From the NCBI GenBank assembly GCA_040776945.1, contig JAXGZN010000002.1:352001-416000 (forward strand): DNA of 64,000 nucleotides. Direction: 5' to 3'. Every line of letters starts with the position of its first letter. The first letter of the stretch is position 1. Positions 49,769 to 59,177 of this stretch are shown here, piece after piece. The DNA comes from Methanomassiliicoccaceae archaeon. GTDB lineage: Archaea; Thermoplasmatota; Thermoplasmata; Methanomassiliicoccales; Methanomassiliicoccaceae. Both the position numbers and the translations under genes were made by a program. Below the pieces are notes generated by a model. That model saw only the letters and a program-made list of their open reading frames with translations, searched no databases and was not told where the DNA came from.

Positions 49769-50332
49769 ATGAGCACGAGCGCTGGCCTGCGCGGGACCCT
49801 CTCCGCGGTCTTCGACCGTGCCGCCACTCTTGCCTATCAGGGCCTGGCCAAGATAGGCCTCCGGCTCACCTTCTATTACCTCTACTCCCTGGGACCAGAG
49901 CATCCCTCCGTTCAGAACAGGTCTCGAAGGCGGGAAGTCATCTGCCTTCCCGACCCCTCGCCGACATCCGACGAGGCCGCCATCACAGCCTATGTCGGAG
50001 GAGAGAGGGCGGGAAGGGTCGCCCTTACCGCCATGCCCTCCTACATACCCCGGATCAAGGCCACCTGGGACGCGGAGGGGGCGCTGATATACGACCTGAT
50101 GGTCTTGAAGGAAGGAAGGCGCCAGGGCATAGGCAGGTCCCTATTAACGGCCGCGATCGAGGCCAACGCAGGCACCAAGCTCTACGCCATGGTCTTCGTG
50201 ACCAACATGCCGTCCAGAAGGCTGTTCGAGAGCTGCGGCTTTCGGATCGAGGGGCGTTTGTTCTATGTCGAGGTGTTCGGTAAGGCCATCAGGAACGCGG
50301 GCTCATTGAGATATCTCAAGGTCGGGCAGTAG
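49769..50332 (+). CDS. GNAT N-acetyltransferase (single domain)
   Basis: RRQGIGRSLL acetyl-CoA motif A, N.PS.RLFESCGF; GGAGGA RBS; TAG stop. Confidence 0.85.
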   Translation: MSTSAGLRGTLSAVFDRAATLAYQGLAKIGLRLTFYYLYSLGPEHPSVQNRSRRREVICLPDPSPTSDEAAITAYVGGERAGRVALTAMPSYIPRIKATWDAEGALIYDLMVLKEGRRQGIGRSLLTAAIEANAGTKLYAMVFVTNMPSRRLFESCGFRIEGRLFYVEVFGKAIRNAGSLRYLKVGQ

Positions 50333-50595
50333 GGCGACCATATGATGGGGCGCTCCGGCTCTCCGCGAACGGACCGCCGCGCCCCCCCCCCTCGGGCCTT
50401 TGGCCCCGGGGGGATCGGACGATCACCGAGCCCCTCGTCCGATCAGCGCCGCTGCCCGCCCGATCCGAGAGGAGATAAATCATGATGGCGTTCAGGGACG
50501 AACGCGGACATGGCATCCCAACCTCACCGCCGCCCTATCCCCGCCCGGGAGTGAAGGCCCGACCGAACCTTATCTACGACGGAGTAGCGACCTAC

Positions 50596-51843
50596 TCATC
50601 CCTTGCGGACATCCCACCGGCGGTCCAGTAGGATCTGGGCCCTAAGCGGATCGGACATTCCCCCGGAGTTGAAGTCCGACGGCATGGAAACGTTGATGGC
50701 CCTCTCCACCCGGTGCCCGGCAAGCATGTCGAACCCGCCCTGCTTGTGGGCCCCGATGGTTATGGTGTAGTTGCCGGCCACGAGCAGCCTACGCGGAAAG
50801 GTCAGCCTGGCCTCGAAGGTGCCAGGTCCCAGACTGTCGTTGCTGGCATCCCAGTCGGTGAAATATGAGCGGATGAGCTCGTCGCCAAGGGAGTTGTTGA
50901 TGAAGACCCCCATGCGCAACTTCTCCGCCCTCTCCGGCAGGGAGAACCGCACCACGATGTCGAACTCCTCGGAACCGTCAATGAGGATGGCGTCCCTGCC
51001 GGACTGAAGTATGTCCATCGACAGGACCTCGATGCCCATGGCCTGGATGGGGAACACCCCGTCCTGGACCTCAAGGGAGCGGGAGTACTCGGCTATGACC
51101 TCGTCCACCGGGCCCTTGCCGGCCATCTTGCCCGCTCTCAAAAGCAAAGCGTTCTGGCACAGGTTCTTCACCGCGTGCATGTTGTGCGACACGAAGATGA
51201 CGGTGCGGCCTTCCTCCGAGACCTCCTTCATCTTTCCGAGGCATTTTGTCTGGAACTGCTGGTCTCCGACGGCCAGCACCTCGTCCGCGATCAGCACGTC
51301 TGGCTCCAGGTGCGCGGCCACGGCAAAGGCCAGGCGAAGGTACATCCCCGACGAGAACCTTTTGATCGGAGTGTCCAGGAACTTCTCCACCTCGGCGAAC
51401 CTGACGATGTTGTCGAACCTGGCCTCGATCTGCTTCTTGGTCATCCCCAGGATGGCGCCGTTGAGGAATATGTTCTCTCTGCCGGTGAGGTCGGGGTGAA
51501 ATCCGGTCCCGACCTCCAACAGGCTGCCGACCGAGCCCCGCAGCACGACCTCGCCCTCTGTGGGGTACGTGATCTGGGAGAGTATCTTCAGCAGCGTGCT
51601 CTTCCCCGCGCCGTTCCGTCCTATGATGCCGACGCTCTCTCCCTTCTGGACATCGCAGCTGATGTCCTTCAGGGCCCAGAAGCATTCCTTAGGCTGCCGG
51701 ACGCTCCTGAGGCTCCGGAGGGGATGGCGCACTGCCGTGGCGATGCTGTCGCCGAGCCTTCCCCCTCCCGAGTGGTAGTAGCCCCTGCTGGAGCTGATGA
51801 TGTATTGCTTGGAAACGTTGCGGATCTCGATCATCGGGTCCAT
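50596..51843 (-). CDS. wzt: Wzt-type polysaccharide ABC transporter ATPase with C-terminal Wzt domain
   Basis: FWALKDIS, GRNGAGKST, LLEVGTGFHPDLTGRENI, FSSGM..RLAF, DEVLAVGD..FQ.KC. Confidence 0.92.
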   Translation of the reverse strand: MDPMIEIRNVSKQYIISSSRGYYHSGGGRLGDSIATAVRHPLRSLRSVRQPKECFWALKDISCDVQKGESVGIIGRNGAGKSTLLKILSQITYPTEGEVVLRGSVGSLLEVGTGFHPDLTGRENIFLNGAILGMTKKQIEARFDNIVRFAEVEKFLDTPIKRFSSGMYLRLAFAVAAHLEPDVLIADEVLAVGDQQFQTKCLGKMKEVSEEGRTVIFVSHNMHAVKNLCQNALLLRAGKMAGKGPVDEVIAEYSRSLEVQDGVFPIQAMGIEVLSMDILQSGRDAILIDGSEEFDIVVRFSLPERAEKLRMGVFINNSLGDELIRSYFTDWDASNDSLGPGTFEARLTFPRRLLVAGNYTITIGAHKQGGFDMLAGHRVERAINVSMPSDFNSGGMSDPLRAQILLDRRWDVRKG

Positions 51844-52034
51844 AGGAGCACCTCTCCGGTCGCCTTGTTACCCCAGGCCATTCGCCCACTGATTGACCTT
51901 CTACTATTAAGTGGATGTGCCAGCGAGGCCGCCGCCCCGGAACCCGCATGACGCCATGCGCGATGCCCCGCTCGGTCGGAGGATTGGATTCATTGCGGTC
52001 GATATAAATATCCGCGCCGTGCTAGATCGCTCAC

Positions 52035-53093
52035 ATGCGGACGGTGCTCTTGACCACCACCAGCGAGATGAGCGATCATCGCCACGAATGGGAGGAGCTC
52101 AGGCGGGAGTGCCGCGGGACGGTGTACTCGTCGTTCGATATGGTCCGGGCCTGGTTCGAATGCTACCGAGAGGACGCCTCGCCAAGGGTCATCATGGCCG
52201 AGGACCGCGGAGAACTCGTGGGGCTGGCCCCCCTGTCCTATCACCATTACGTGTCGATGGGGCTGCCGATCAGGGTCCTGGCCCTGCCCGGAGAGGTCCG
52301 CCATAAGCTGTGGATGGCGACCGTATCGTTCATGTTCAGGCCCGGGAGGGACGATGCTCTCGAAACCATGGTGGCGAGGGCCAGGAAGGTGGGGTGGAAC
52401 ACCTTCACCGCCTGCCACATGATCGACAACGCTGAGACCAGGCGTTTCATTGGCGCGATGCGCTCGCGGTGGAAGGTTGTCGATCACCGGATGGACAAGA
52501 GCGTCACGCTCACCTTCCCGGAGAAGGGGGACATAGCCACAATGTTCGAGCGGAAGGCCAGGGAGAACCTCAGGAACCGCGCCAAGAAGCTGGAGCGGGA
52601 GAAGGGCGACGTGTCGTTCAGGACACTGCCTCCGGGCGAGGTCGAGGCGGCTGTCGAGGAGTACGCACGGCAGCACGAGGAGCGGTACTCGAAGAAAGGC
52701 GGGAGCATCTTCAGGTCACCCGATAACATCCAGTTCCTGAAAGCCGTGATGAGGGCGGCAATGGACCAGGGCTATGGCTTTGCCCATGAGCTGAGGATCG
52801 ATGGGCAGGTGGCGGCCCAGAGCTTCGGGTTCATCGACGGCGACGTCGTCCGCCCGTACCGCTTCGGGATGAACGACGCCTTCACCGCCTACTCTCCGGG
52901 ATGGCAGCTGCATCATCGCTCATTCTCTTATTTTCGGGACCGCGGCATGAGACAATGCTCCCTGGGGGCCGGCGACGAGGCCTACAAGTACCGGATGGGG
53001 GGCGTGGAATCTCAGCTGCTGGGGATCATGGTAAGGAGGGGAGCGATCGGCCTCGTGGACAGGATGGCCCGCCGGTTGGAGGCCGGAAGGTGA
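52035..53093 (+). CDS. CelD/BcsL-like (Acetyltransf_6) GNAT, copy 1
   Basis: WEEL, GELVGLAPL, LRIDGQVAA..FG, AYSPG, LGAGDEAYK.R.G. Confidence 0.88.
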   Translation: MRTVLLTTTSEMSDHRHEWEELRRECRGTVYSSFDMVRAWFECYREDASPRVIMAEDRGELVGLAPLSYHHYVSMGLPIRVLALPGEVRHKLWMATVSFMFRPGRDDALETMVARARKVGWNTFTACHMIDNAETRRFIGAMRSRWKVVDHRMDKSVTLTFPEKGDIATMFERKARENLRNRAKKLEREKGDVSFRTLPPGEVEAAVEEYARQHEERYSKKGGSIFRSPDNIQFLKAVMRAAMDQGYGFAHELRIDGQVAAQSFGFIDGDVVRPYRFGMNDAFTAYSPGWQLHHRSFSYFRDRGMRQCSLGAGDEAYKYRMGGVESQLLGIMVRRGAIGLVDRMARRLEAGR

Positions 53094-53272
53094 GAGGACG
53101 CGGAAAGACCCCGGAAGATGTTGACAGCTCGCTCAAGCATATCGGGGCACATCGTGAGCGATTGCCGGGGAGGGTCGGAGAGAGGGAACTCGTCACCGGA
53201 TGTCCTTTATGAACAAAATCCCTAATGGCAAATAAATTATATTCGTCCCTGACATATCTTGGTGGTCTTTGG

Positions 53273-54415
53273 TTGAGGTCGACTTTATTAACTTCGGTCG
53301 AGGAGGTCTCCGAGCAAGAAGAGCGTTGGGAGGCCCTCAGGATGGAGTGCGGCGGGACGATCTACTCCTCGAACTTCATGAACCGGGTGTGGTACGAGAC
53401 GTTCTCCGCATCCTCAACGCCCTGCGCGATAATGGTGGAGGAGAAGGGCGACCTGCTGGGCATCGCACCATTGACCAGATATAAGTACAGGGTCGCGAAG
53501 CTACCCATCAAGGTCCTGTCCCTGGCCGGGGACATGCGCAACCGTTTGCGGCTGACGACCAACTCCATCCTCTATCGTCCGGACCGGCCCGATGCCCTCG
53601 AGGCCATCATCGACCAGATGAAGAGACTGAACTGGAGCGTCCTTTGGACCATCAATATGGAGTCCTCGACGGAGGCCGCCCGCTATATGGATCTGGTGCG
53701 CACCACCTGGCGCGAGGTCGAGTACGGCGCGAAGAAGAACCTTGAGGTCCCCCTGCCTCCCTCGGGCCCTCTGGCCGACAGTTACACCAAGGACGGGAGG
53801 CGCAATTTCAGGAAGCTCATGAACAGGCTCGAACGGGAAAGCATGAACGTGTCTCTGGTAAAGCTCGGCATGGACGATCTGGACCGGGCCGTGGACACCT
53901 ACGCGAGGCAGCACATCGAGCGATGGGAAAATAAAGGGGGCAGCTATTTCCGGAACCCCGAGAACGTCGAGTTCCTGAGATCGGCGTCCAAGGAGGCGCA
54001 TGCCCGGGGCAAGGGGTTCGCCTACGAGATCACCCTGAACGGCGAGGTGGCCGCCCAGATCTTCGGTCTCATCGAAGGGACCACCGCATACGGGGAGCGC
54101 ATCGGGATGGACAACAGGTTCATGAGATACTCCCCTGGCTGGCTTATAAGCAATAGTGCCCATACCGATCTGAGGGACAGGGGGGCCGAGGTCTGCGTCA
54201 TGGGCCTGGGCGGAGAGCGTTACAAATATGAGATGGGGGCGAAGGAGAGGGACCTGGTGGGCATCGGGGCCACCCGCGGCATCATGTCCCTCATGTCCCG
54301 GGTGGCGCTGAGCCCTAGGATGAAAGGCATCGAGTCCCGGCTGGGCATAATGTCCGGGACGGCGTACACGGGGACCAACCGGTCCGCGGAGGCGGCGTCC
54401 GATCAGAGCGATTGA
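53273..54415 (+). CDS. CelD/BcsL-like GNAT, copy 2
   Basis: Same motifs as copy 1; TTG start chosen by alignment with paralog N-termini. Confidence 0.88.
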   Translation: MRSTLLTSVEEVSEQEERWEALRMECGGTIYSSNFMNRVWYETFSASSTPCAIMVEEKGDLLGIAPLTRYKYRVAKLPIKVLSLAGDMRNRLRLTTNSILYRPDRPDALEAIIDQMKRLNWSVLWTINMESSTEAARYMDLVRTTWREVEYGAKKNLEVPLPPSGPLADSYTKDGRRNFRKLMNRLERESMNVSLVKLGMDDLDRAVDTYARQHIERWENKGGSYFRNPENVEFLRSASKEAHARGKGFAYEITLNGEVAAQIFGLIEGTTAYGERIGMDNRFMRYSPGWLISNSAHTDLRDRGAEVCVMGLGGERYKYEMGAKERDLVGIGATRGIMSLMSRVALSPRMKGIESRLGIMSGTAYTGTNRSAEAASDQSD

Positions 54416-54445
54416 TCGTGTTCAAAGATGCCCGGAGCCTGTTCC

Positions 54446-55552
54446 ATGTCCATGACCGCCTCTGTAATAGATACGCATGATGGCCTTGATGGACTGGAAG
54501 ATCGGTGGGAGCGATTGAGGAAGGAGTGCGGGGCCGGGATATACTCGTCCTATTTCCTAACCCGCTCCTGGCTGGAGAACTACCGCGCCGTGTCCAGTCC
54601 CCGCATCGTGCTGGTCGAGGAACACGGGGAGCTCGTCGGCCTGGCCCCTCTGGCCGTCCATACGCACAGGTCGGGCCGGCTATCGGTCAACGTACTGGCC
54701 CTCGCGGGCAGGGTGGCCGGACGTCTGTTCATATCCCCAAGCACCATCCTGCTCCGGCCGGGCCGGGACGATGCCCTCGAACCCATGCTGAAGGCGATGA
54801 GGGGGATGGATTGGAGCTTCCTTTCGGCCATATACATGGAGGACATCCACCCCGCCTCAAGGTTCATAGAGGTCGCGGGCCGGACCTGGCGGCCCGAGCC
54901 GCATCCCGAGAACAGCCTGGTCATCCTCTCCCTTCCGGAAGGGGACATATCCGCCATGTACGAGGCTGGAGCAAGGAGGAGCTTTGAGAAGCGGTCAAGG
55001 GCGCTGGAACGCGGCGGCCATAAGGTCTCGCTGAGGAAGGTGGCCTCAGAGGACCTGGACCGGGCCGTGGAAACCTACGCGAGGCAGCACATCGAGCGAT
55101 GGGAAAATAAAGGGGGCAGCTATTTCCGGAACCCTGAGAACGTCTTGTTCCTTAGATCGGCCCTCAAGGAAGCGGCCCTTCGGAACAAAAGCTTCGCCCA
55201 CGAGATCCTGATCGACGGGGAGGTGGCGGCCCAGAACTTCGGCTTTGTAGAGGGAGATCGCGCCTACTCGTACCGTCTGGGCATGAACGACGCCTTCGCC
55301 CGGTACTCGCCGGGGTGGATGGTAAAGCATTTCGGAATGACCGATCTTCGCGACAACGGAGTGATCAAGTGCGATTTCGGCGTCGGGGAAGAGAAGTTCA
55401 AGACGATGATGGGCGGGACAACCATCCCGCTCATAGGATTTAGGGCAAGCCGGGGGCTCATGTCCCTGCTGTCGCGAGCGCAGAGCATAAAGGAACGCTT
55501 TGAAAGGCGGGAGCATTCAAGCTCACGAGCGGATGTTGGACCTAACGCATAA
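54446..55552 (+). CDS. CelD/BcsL-like GNAT, copy 3
   Basis: GELVGLAPL, HIERWENKGGSYF, YSPGW, DFGVGEEKFK. Confidence 0.88.
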   Translation: MSMTASVIDTHDGLDGLEDRWERLRKECGAGIYSSYFLTRSWLENYRAVSSPRIVLVEEHGELVGLAPLAVHTHRSGRLSVNVLALAGRVAGRLFISPSTILLRPGRDDALEPMLKAMRGMDWSFLSAIYMEDIHPASRFIEVAGRTWRPEPHPENSLVILSLPEGDISAMYEAGARRSFEKRSRALERGGHKVSLRKVASEDLDRAVETYARQHIERWENKGGSYFRNPENVLFLRSALKEAALRNKSFAHEILIDGEVAAQNFGFVEGDRAYSYRLGMNDAFARYSPGWMVKHFGMTDLRDNGVIKCDFGVGEEKFKTMMGGTTIPLIGFRASRGLMSLLSRAQSIKERFERREHSSSRADVGPNA

Positions 55553-55613
55553 CTATGAAAAATTTAATATATTTCGAGATGAAAATAAGAACTAGATGGA
55601 ATAGGTGTGAGAA

Positions 55614-56738
55614 ATGATCGCGTCCCTGTTGACCACCACCGACGAGCTTGCCGAGCTGGAGGTCTGCTGGGAGGGCCTAAGGCAGGATTGCGGAGGAACG
55701 ATCTATGCCTCTAACGGGCTGATAAGGACATGGTTCGAGGCATACTCTCATTTTGCGTCCCCCAGGGTGATCATCATCGAGGAAGGGGGTGAACTGCTCG
55801 CGGCGGTCCCCCTGGCATCCTATACATATCGGGTTGCGAAGCTTCCCATGAAGGTGCTCGCCCTGGCCGGAGAGGTCAAGGACCGGTTGAGGCTGTCCAC
55901 GATATCGCCCCTTTTCCGGGACCATAGAGGAAATGACCTGATGCATAGGACGATGAAGGAACTAGGCAGGATGAAGTGGAACCTGCTGACCGCGGTTAAT
56001 CTGGAGGACAACGGGGCCAACCGCATGTTCATAGACGCGGTAAGGGCGAACTGGCAGACCGAGGAGTTCCCGCCCGCCAGGAAGATGACCCTGGACCTTC
56101 CTGCCGAGGGCAGCCTGATGAGCTCTCTGGACAAGAAGACCCGGAAGAACCTCGAGTACCGGCGCCGGTTGTTGGAGCGGGAGGGCCACACGATGGAGTT
56201 CCGCAAGGTCTGCGCAGAGGACATCGATCCCGCCGTCGACATCTATGCGAAGCACCACATCGAACGGTGGGAAAAGAAAGGGGGCAGCTATTTCCGGAAC
56301 CCCGAGAACGTAGAGTTCTTGAAGCGCTACGCGGGGCTGACCTGCCGCTCGGGCCAGGGGCACTTCTATGAGCTGCGGATCGACGGACAGGTCGCGGCCC
56401 AGGACCTCTATCTCCTAGACGGCAATGTTGTCTACGGGGACAAGACGGGAATGAACAACGATTTCCTGCGCTATTCTCCAGGGTGGTTCATTCAGATCCA
56501 TGCTCTTGACGAGCTGAGGGACATGGGCGCAGAGAGATATGTGATGGGCATCGGCGGAGAGAGGTACAAATCGGAGATGGGAGCGGTGGAATCCCCCCTG
56601 TTGGGCATCCGGGCGACGCGGGGACGGGCCTCCATGCTCGGCCGGCTATCGCGCACATCCGCGTTCAAGTACTTGGACGAGCGGCTGGACCTGACCAAGA
56701 GAACGATCGACGTCCAGGGAGAGAGCCCGGAGGCCTGA
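55614..56738 (+). CDS. CelD/BcsL-like GNAT, copy 4
   Basis: HIERWEKKGGSYF, YSPGW, GGERYK; AGGTG RBS. Confidence 0.88.
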   Translation: MIASLLTTTDELAELEVCWEGLRQDCGGTIYASNGLIRTWFEAYSHFASPRVIIIEEGGELLAAVPLASYTYRVAKLPMKVLALAGEVKDRLRLSTISPLFRDHRGNDLMHRTMKELGRMKWNLLTAVNLEDNGANRMFIDAVRANWQTEEFPPARKMTLDLPAEGSLMSSLDKKTRKNLEYRRRLLEREGHTMEFRKVCAEDIDPAVDIYAKHHIERWEKKGGSYFRNPENVEFLKRYAGLTCRSGQGHFYELRIDGQVAAQDLYLLDGNVVYGDKTGMNNDFLRYSPGWFIQIHALDELRDMGAERYVMGIGGERYKSEMGAVESPLLGIRATRGRASMLGRLSRTSAFKYLDERLDLTKRTIDVQGESPEA

Positions 56739-56838
56739 GCGCTTTTGCCAGCGCGTTAACGGGCCTCAGATAATTTTATATCCGATAACTCATATTTTCT
56801 AATCCCCATAGTCAGTTTCAGCATGAAGGTGCAAACAG

Positions 56839-57918
56839 TTGAGAACTTCGCTGGTTGAAGATCCGAAGGAGCTTGCCGACCACGAGGAGCGTTGGGAGGC
56901 CCTGAGGCATGAGGCCGGGGGGACCATCTTCTCCTCCAACCTGATGGTCCGGACCTGGCTGAGCTCCTACCGCGGTTCGGTCGGCTCCCGCGTCATCCTC
57001 ATCGAGGACAAGGGGGAACTGGTGGCCGCGGCCCCTTTGGCCATCCATGTCCACAGGATCGGCATGGTCCCCATAAAAGTGCTCTCGCTCGCAGGCGGGG
57101 TCACCGGCAAGCTGTACCTGGGGACGAACTCGGTACTATGCCGCCCCGGAAGGGATGACGCCCTCGACCTCATGATGAGCGAGATAAAAAGGATGGACTG
57201 GTCCCTGCTGAGCTCGTTGAACATGCTCGATTCATGGTCATCCCGCGCCTACAGGCAGATGGTTGCCGACAGATGGCATGAGGTGAGCGCTCCCCCCATG
57301 AAGATGTACACGGTCACCATACCTGACAAGGGCGAGATCGTGGACCTGTTCAGCAAGAACTCCAGGAGGAACATCAAGAAGGACCTTAAGCACCTTAAGG
57401 ACCGTGGGAGCAAGGTCACCTTCAACAACATACCGCTGGAGGACATCCCCCGGGCCGTGGACATCTATGCCATGGAGCACATCGAGCGTTGGGGGCCGAA
57501 AGGGGGCAGCTACTTCCGCGACCCTGAGAACGTGAAGTTCCTCTCGACCATCGTCCAGGAGGCATTGTCCCGCGGCTGCGGCTTCGCCCGGGAGATACTT
57601 ATCGACGGAGAGGTGGCGGCCCAGAACTTTGGCTTCATGGAGGGGGGCACCGAGTACTCGTACCGCGTGGGCATGAACAACGCCTTCACCGAACACTCTC
57701 CCGGCTGGCTCATCAAGCTCTACGGCCTGGAGGCCGCCAGGTCATCGGGGATCAGGCAGCATGTGCTCGGAGTGGGGAACGAGGAGCACAAGTCGCATAT
57801 GGGAGGGGAGGAGACAACGCTGTTGGGGATAAGGGCCAGCCGCGGTCTCCTCTCGCCGATGATGGTACTGTCCTCGGCGGCGGGGGCGATCAGGAAACGG
57901 TTCGGCCCCGCGAAATGA
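56839..57918 (+). CDS. CelD/BcsL-like GNAT, copy 5
   Basis: HIERWGPKGGSYF, HSPGW, GNEEHK; TTG start after AGGTG. Confidence 0.88.
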   Translation: MRTSLVEDPKELADHEERWEALRHEAGGTIFSSNLMVRTWLSSYRGSVGSRVILIEDKGELVAAAPLAIHVHRIGMVPIKVLSLAGGVTGKLYLGTNSVLCRPGRDDALDLMMSEIKRMDWSLLSSLNMLDSWSSRAYRQMVADRWHEVSAPPMKMYTVTIPDKGEIVDLFSKNSRRNIKKDLKHLKDRGSKVTFNNIPLEDIPRAVDIYAMEHIERWGPKGGSYFRDPENVKFLSTIVQEALSRGCGFAREILIDGEVAAQNFGFMEGGTEYSYRVGMNNAFTEHSPGWLIKLYGLEAARSSGIRQHVLGVGNEEHKSHMGGEETTLLGIRASRGLLSPMMVLSSAAGAIRKRFGPAK

Positions 57919-57928
57919 ACCCCTCATG

Positions 57929-59113
57929 CTAACTTCTGAGGTGGAAGATCAGATTGGAGAGCGTATCTTTCGCCAACAGCTTGCTCACCGCCGGCATTAC
58001 ATCATCGGGTGCGAAGTAGGAGAAGCTCTCTGCTTCGAAGTACTGGGATATCGCCTCCCTCAGGCCGCCGCTCCTGCCCTGCCCGATCACGGACATGACA
58101 TCGGAAAGGGCGTTCACCCAAAGGACATCGTCCCGGTAGTCCGCAGCGTCAGGGACCTCCTGGCCGGTCAGGTCAAGGTACTGGATGAGCGGAAAGTTAA
58201 TGCCCGCGCAGGTGGCCTGGACGGTCTGGAACCAGAACCTGAAGTTGATGTCCAGCATCTTGTAGCGGCCGTCGCGGTCATCGAGCTTGAACTCAACATC
58301 GGCTATGCCCCGATGGCCCATCCCGGTAAGGAGCCGGTGCCCCAGTTCCGCGACCTCCTGATTGTGAACGCTCTTCAGCATGGTGCCCATTCCGAAGTCG
58401 ACCGGGAACTGCCTGATCTTCTGAGCGGTGAAGGTGCCCCTCGCCCTCCCGCTCCGGTCGATGTAGATGCTTACCTCGAAGTGGTTGGTATTTGGCCCGA
58501 TGACGATCTCCTGCACCATGGCCTCCAGGCCGGTGGGGAGGATCCTATCGAACAGCGAGACCAGTTCTCCCGGGCCGTCGGCGCTGAACCCTTTGTTCGG
58601 GAAATGCATCCGCCACAGGTGCCCGGAGTACGGCTTTATGAAGACGGGGTATTGCAGATCGCCCTTCAATGCCTCGATGTCCTGCATATCGCGGGGATAG
58701 AACGTCTTGGCGATCGGCACGTCGAGGCGCTCGGCCTGGTCCTGCTGGAACCTCTTGTTGGTCAGCCCCTTGGACACCTCTTCGTCGGGGAGGATGAGCT
58801 CGAACCTCTTCTCCAATCGATAACGGTATCGGGAAGCGAACTGCACCCAGTGATCGGAGGCCGGGAACAGGACGCCCTTGGGGCCGCCGTCGGCCGCCTC
58901 CAGCAAGGCCTCCAGCGCCCTCTCCGGCTCCTTGGTAGGCGCGGCTATCCGCATCCCCCGGCCGTAACGCGAGGACAGCCCGGGGGAGGAGGCGTGGTCG
59001 AAGATCCTCATCGGCACCCCTTCACGACCCAAGCTCCTGATGACCCCTAGGCCGCTGACGTCCCCGTCCAGCACATAGGCCTTGGCCTCCTTGTTGAACG
59101 ATCCGGCGGTCAT
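57929..59113 (-). CDS. ATP-grasp carboxylate-amine ligase, second copy
   Basis: GLGVIRSLGREGV, LFPASD, YPVFIKP, VQEIV.G, VEFKLDDRDGRYKMLDINFR; TAG stop. Confidence 0.87.
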   Translation of the reverse strand: MTAGSFNKEAKAYVLDGDVSGLGVIRSLGREGVPMRIFDHASSPGLSSRYGRGMRIAAPTKEPERALEALLEAADGGPKGVLFPASDHWVQFASRYRYRLEKRFELILPDEEVSKGLTNKRFQQDQAERLDVPIAKTFYPRDMQDIEALKGDLQYPVFIKPYSGHLWRMHFPNKGFSADGPGELVSLFDRILPTGLEAMVQEIVIGPNTNHFEVSIYIDRSGRARGTFTAQKIRQFPVDFGMGTMLKSVHNQEVAELGHRLLTGMGHRGIADVEFKLDDRDGRYKMLDINFRFWFQTVQATCAGINFPLIQYLDLTGQEVPDAADYRDDVLWVNALSDVMSVIGQGRSGGLREAISQYFEAESFSYFAPDDVMPAVSKLLAKDTLSNLIFHLRS

Positions 59114-59177
59114 CGGGACCTCCCCATGGAGCGATTCATGCGACGCTCGATTGTATGAGACCGTACAAATATATATC

